In this document: positions 61,530 to 64,000 of the stretch, piece by piece
How positions within the stretch are numbered: the stretch's first letter is position 1
Layout of the letters: every line of letters begins with the position of its first letter
NCBI GenBank assembly: GCA_041649755.1
Contig: JBAZMK010000004.1
Location: 19,766-83,765, forward strand
Origin: Candidatus Pacearchaeota archaeon
Lineage (GTDB): Archaea > Nanobdellota > Nanobdellia > Pacearchaeales > GW2011-AR1
Length of the DNA: 64,000 nt
Direction: 5' to 3'
Notes under the pieces: generated by a model
Seen by the model: the letters and a program-made list of their open reading frames with translations, nothing else
Told to the model about the DNA's origin: nothing
The model's database searches: none
Translations under genes and position numbers: made by a program

Positions 61530-62549
61530 ATGAGCTTAGAAAAGACAGTTAGGAAAAATGAGAAAGTTTCTTTTAAGGACAGGGTTACTTCAGGGCTTAA
61601 ATATGCTGCTGGAGTCGGGGTGACTTTGGGGGCTTTGGCTTTTGGAACTGCAAGGGCAGAAGAGCCTGCTTATCAAGGTGCTGATTTTAATAGAGATGGT
61701 GTTGTAGATGCGAGAGATTTAGCGGAATATGCAACACAATGGCTTGCAGAGTCAGAAGGAAAAAACGTGATTCCTGTTTATGATTGCGGTTGTTTAAATG
61801 AGTCAAATGCTGTTTACGTTTTACAAAACGATATAAATGCCGAAGGTAATTGTTTTGATATTACTGCTGATGGTGTAAAATTTGATTTAAGGGGTCATAT
61901 TCTCCAAGGGAATGGTGGGGGAGTAGGAGTAAATATAAAAGGGGGTTTTGTTAGTGTAATCGATGGGACAATTTATAATTTCGCATCTGGTTTGCAGGTT
62001 TCTAGTGGTCAGTCAAATTCTATTTCAGATTTAACTCTTTTTCAAAATACCTATTTTGGGATAGCTTTTGAGGAAAATCTTTCCTCCTCTGTAACAAATA
62101 CTCGTTCAATGGAAAGCCCGATAGCAATTCAATTAGGGAGTTCTGGAGGGAGAATTCAAAATTCTTCTTTTTCTGGGACTCTTTATGATATTGATTCTAT
62201 GGGAAGGAATGTTTTTGAAAATTGTATTTTTCAGACTTTTTCTCCTAACTCTTCTTTTAAAAGAATGCATGACTATAGGTGTTTGGTTTTAGACAAAAAT
62301 CGCTCTGCTGTTGATGACGCATTGGTGACTCTTGTAAGGCAGTCAGGTGAAGTAGAATCTTCTTTGAGAACCAGGCAGTGGGATGGAACACCGAAAGTTA
62401 CCGTTACTTCTTGGGTTTTAGAAGAGGGAGAAGTAAGGTATAATGCCCCTTTTTCGGTAATCATAGAAAAAGAAGGAACGGTTTTAAATATTCCTCACTA
62501 TTGGAACCCTAATGGGACAAATGGTAATGAAATAATTGTTCTTGAATAG
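61530..62549 (+). CDS. Secreted protein: dockerin/EF-hand-like Ca-loop plus right-handed parallel beta-helix
   Basis: Signal/TM AAGVGVTLGALAFGTARA; DFNRDGVVDARDLAEYATQW is a dockerin-type loop. Repeated G...V/I..N motifs (NIKGGFVSVIDGTIYNFASGLQVSSGQSNSISDLTLFQNTYFGIAF) are typical of PbH1 repeats. The first about 200 nt look more GC-rich than the surroundings. Confidence 0.6.
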   Translation: MSLEKTVRKNEKVSFKDRVTSGLKYAAGVGVTLGALAFGTARAEEPAYQGADFNRDGVVDARDLAEYATQWLAESEGKNVIPVYDCGCLNESNAVYVLQNDINAEGNCFDITADGVKFDLRGHILQGNGGGVGVNIKGGFVSVIDGTIYNFASGLQVSSGQSNSISDLTLFQNTYFGIAFEENLSSSVTNTRSMESPIAIQLGSSGGRIQNSSFSGTLYDIDSMGRNVFENCIFQTFSPNSSFKRMHDYRCLVLDKNRSAVDDALVTLVRQSGEVESSLRTRQWDGTPKVTVTSWVLEEGEVRYNAPFSVIIEKEGTVLNIPHYWNPNGTNGNEIIVLE

Positions 62550-62662
62550 AAAAGTTTAGGAAAAGTATTAGTGTGGCTAAAACAAAGATTATTTAAATAA
62601 GGGTTCTATTGATATTTTGGGGTGGTAGTACCTCAAGATACTCAATTCTTGAAGAAATTAAA

Positions 62663-63529
62663 ATGATAAAAACCCCAGTAATTTGGAATATTACAAATAG
62701 ATGTCCTTATTCGTGTTCTTTCTGTTGTGTTGATGCAAATAGTTCTATAGAAGATTTATCTTTAGAGCAAAAATTGAAGGTTGTTGAAAATATTGATGTT
62801 CAAAATATAACAATAGACATTTCTGGAGGAGAACCCTTAATGTTTGAAGAAAATCTAGAATTAATTAGATTGATTTCAAAAAAATTAGGGAAAGATTCGG
62901 TATCGGTTACTTCTACTGGAAAAGGATTAGAAAGAGTAAGTTTGAAGGATCTTTCTGAATATGTCTATGAAATTGGATTTAGTTACGATTTTCCTTTTGA
63001 GCCCTCTCCAGATAGACTGCTTTGGTACAATTCTCACAATTTAGAGTGGGCAAGTAAATTATCTCATTACGGAATTAAAACAATGGCTCAGGTACCTCTA
63101 CTTAAATCTAATTGTTCTAATGAAATAGCCAGAGGGATTTATAGGAATCTCTTTGAGGGGGGAATTGATAGAATTTTACTTATAAGATTCTCAGAATCTG
63201 GGAGGGGCATAGCTAGACAAGAACTATCTTTAAATCAAGAGGAGATTGGTCTTTTGTTAAGGCATTATAGGTGTTTAGAGAAAGAATATGGTAAGCCCCG
63301 AGTTAAGGTAACCCCTTCTGTCAGGGGAGACTTCTTAGGGAAAGTCTTAACTTCTTTAAATATCTCGAATAATGGGTTGCTACTGTCTAATCCTTGGGCG
63401 TATAGTTTAGGAGGTACACCAGAAGATTACTGTATTTTAGGCAATTTAACGGAAGAGAAGTTTTCAGATTTAGCGGGTAGAAATATTTATCAAAGATTTT
63501 TTCTTCAGTTAAGGAGGAATTTAAAATGA
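62663..63529 (+). CDS. Radical SAM protein
   Basis: NITNRCPYSCSFC (C...C..C) and GGEPL. ATG 62663 (MIKTPVIWN) is preferred over the TTG 62609 of the ORF track. Confidence 0.75.
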   Translation: MIKTPVIWNITNRCPYSCSFCCVDANSSIEDLSLEQKLKVVENIDVQNITIDISGGEPLMFEENLELIRLISKKLGKDSVSVTSTGKGLERVSLKDLSEYVYEIGFSYDFPFEPSPDRLLWYNSHNLEWASKLSHYGIKTMAQVPLLKSNCSNEIARGIYRNLFEGGIDRILLIRFSESGRGIARQELSLNQEEIGLLLRHYRCLEKEYGKPRVKVTPSVRGDFLGKVLTSLNISNNGLLLSNPWAYSLGGTPEDYCILGNLTEEKFSDLAGRNIYQRFFLQLRRNLK

Positions 63530-64000
63530 AAATAAACGAAGTAAAAACAAAGTCCGCATTAACAAGGAGTAATCTTCCTGAAGCAGATTATGTGATAAAT
63601 CCTTACATTGGATGCCAGCACGCCTGTATCTATTGTTATGCCGATTTTATGAAAAGATTTACAGGGCATAGTTCTGAAGATTGGGGGACTTTTGTAGATG
63701 TTAAAATTAATGCCCCAGAAACACTTATTGTTTCTGGGATATCTTCTAATGATTTGATTCTTATTGGTTCCGTTACAGATCCCTATCAGGCAGTTGAGGC
63801 AAAATATAAACTGACAAGAAAGTGTCTTGAAGTCCTTTTAGACTCTCAACCAAATATCGAGATTTTAACGAAATCACCTTTAATTTTGAGGGACCTAGAT
63901 TTACTGAAGAAATTTAAAAGATTGAGGGTTGGGGTATCTATTGGAGTGTTGGACAGGGGATATTCTAAGGAATTGGAGCCTTTTGCACCATCTCCTCAGG
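63526..64000 (+). CDS. Radical SAM protein of the SplB/COG1533-like type (3' end beyond the window)
   Basis: Own translation from ATG 63526 (ATGA overlap with the previous stop): MKINEVKTKSALTRSNLPEADYVINPYIGCQHACIYCYADFMKRF... The NPY.GC.H.C.YCYA motif is typical of this family. Open to position 64000. Confidence 0.7.
   Translation, partial: MKINEVKTKSALTRSNLPEADYVINPYIGCQHACIYCYADFMKRFTGHSSEDWGTFVDVKINAPETLIVSGISSNDLILIGSVTDPYQAVEAKYKLTRKCLEVLLDSQPNIEILTKSPLILRDLDLLKKFKRLRVGVSIGVLDRGYSKELEPFAPSPQ

Overview
Visibly AT-rich archaeal chromosome segment. The gene content fits a small-genome, DPANN-type archaeon: PolD DP1/DP2, Orc1/Cdc6, archaeal r-proteins and RNAP subunits, Sm protein, aEF-1beta and class-III-signal pilin-like proteins. 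The lineage call is inference only. Left to right: (i) 0-5 kb is an accessory patch with an edge-truncated tyrosine recombinase, an orphan gene, an HNH endonuclease, small membrane proteins and three wHTH proteins. It carries three different short repeat families. (ii) A candidate oriC with an almost pure A/T stretch lies directly upstream of orc1/cdc6, PolD small subunit and PolD large subunit. (iii) Conserved minus-strand r-protein/RNAP operons follow, with an embedded tRNA-Leu. (iv) A glycogen island holds a GT3 and a GT4 synthase-like enzyme, GH57 and an alpha-glucan phosphorylase, with cupin PGI, debranching enzyme and a GHMP sugar kinase further right. It is bracketed by two MinD/ParA ATPases and contains a large repeat-bearing surface protein broken at a poly-G tract. 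(v) Housekeeping genes: GlyRS, RNase Z, Sm, EF-1beta, HIT, three more tRNAs (two with non-canonical T-loops) and an MscS gene frameshifted at a poly-G tract. (vi) The most unusual part is an uninterrupted ~15-kb minus-strand array (58834 down to 43938). It encodes a giant cadherin-like adhesin, MoxR-DUF58-vWA, a T2SS-F/FlaJ-like platform protein, about ten pilin-like proteins (including unannotated 40-48 aa ORFs) and an A24 prepilin peptidase. No PilB/FlaI-type ATPase occurs anywhere in the window. (vii) The right end has FtsY, a GNAT, a HepT-MntA toxin-antitoxin pair, a dockerin/beta-helix secreted protein and two radical-SAM genes, with a recurring TGTTACTACC motif in the intergenic gaps. 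I saw no rRNA, CRISPR array, transposase or reverse transcriptase.
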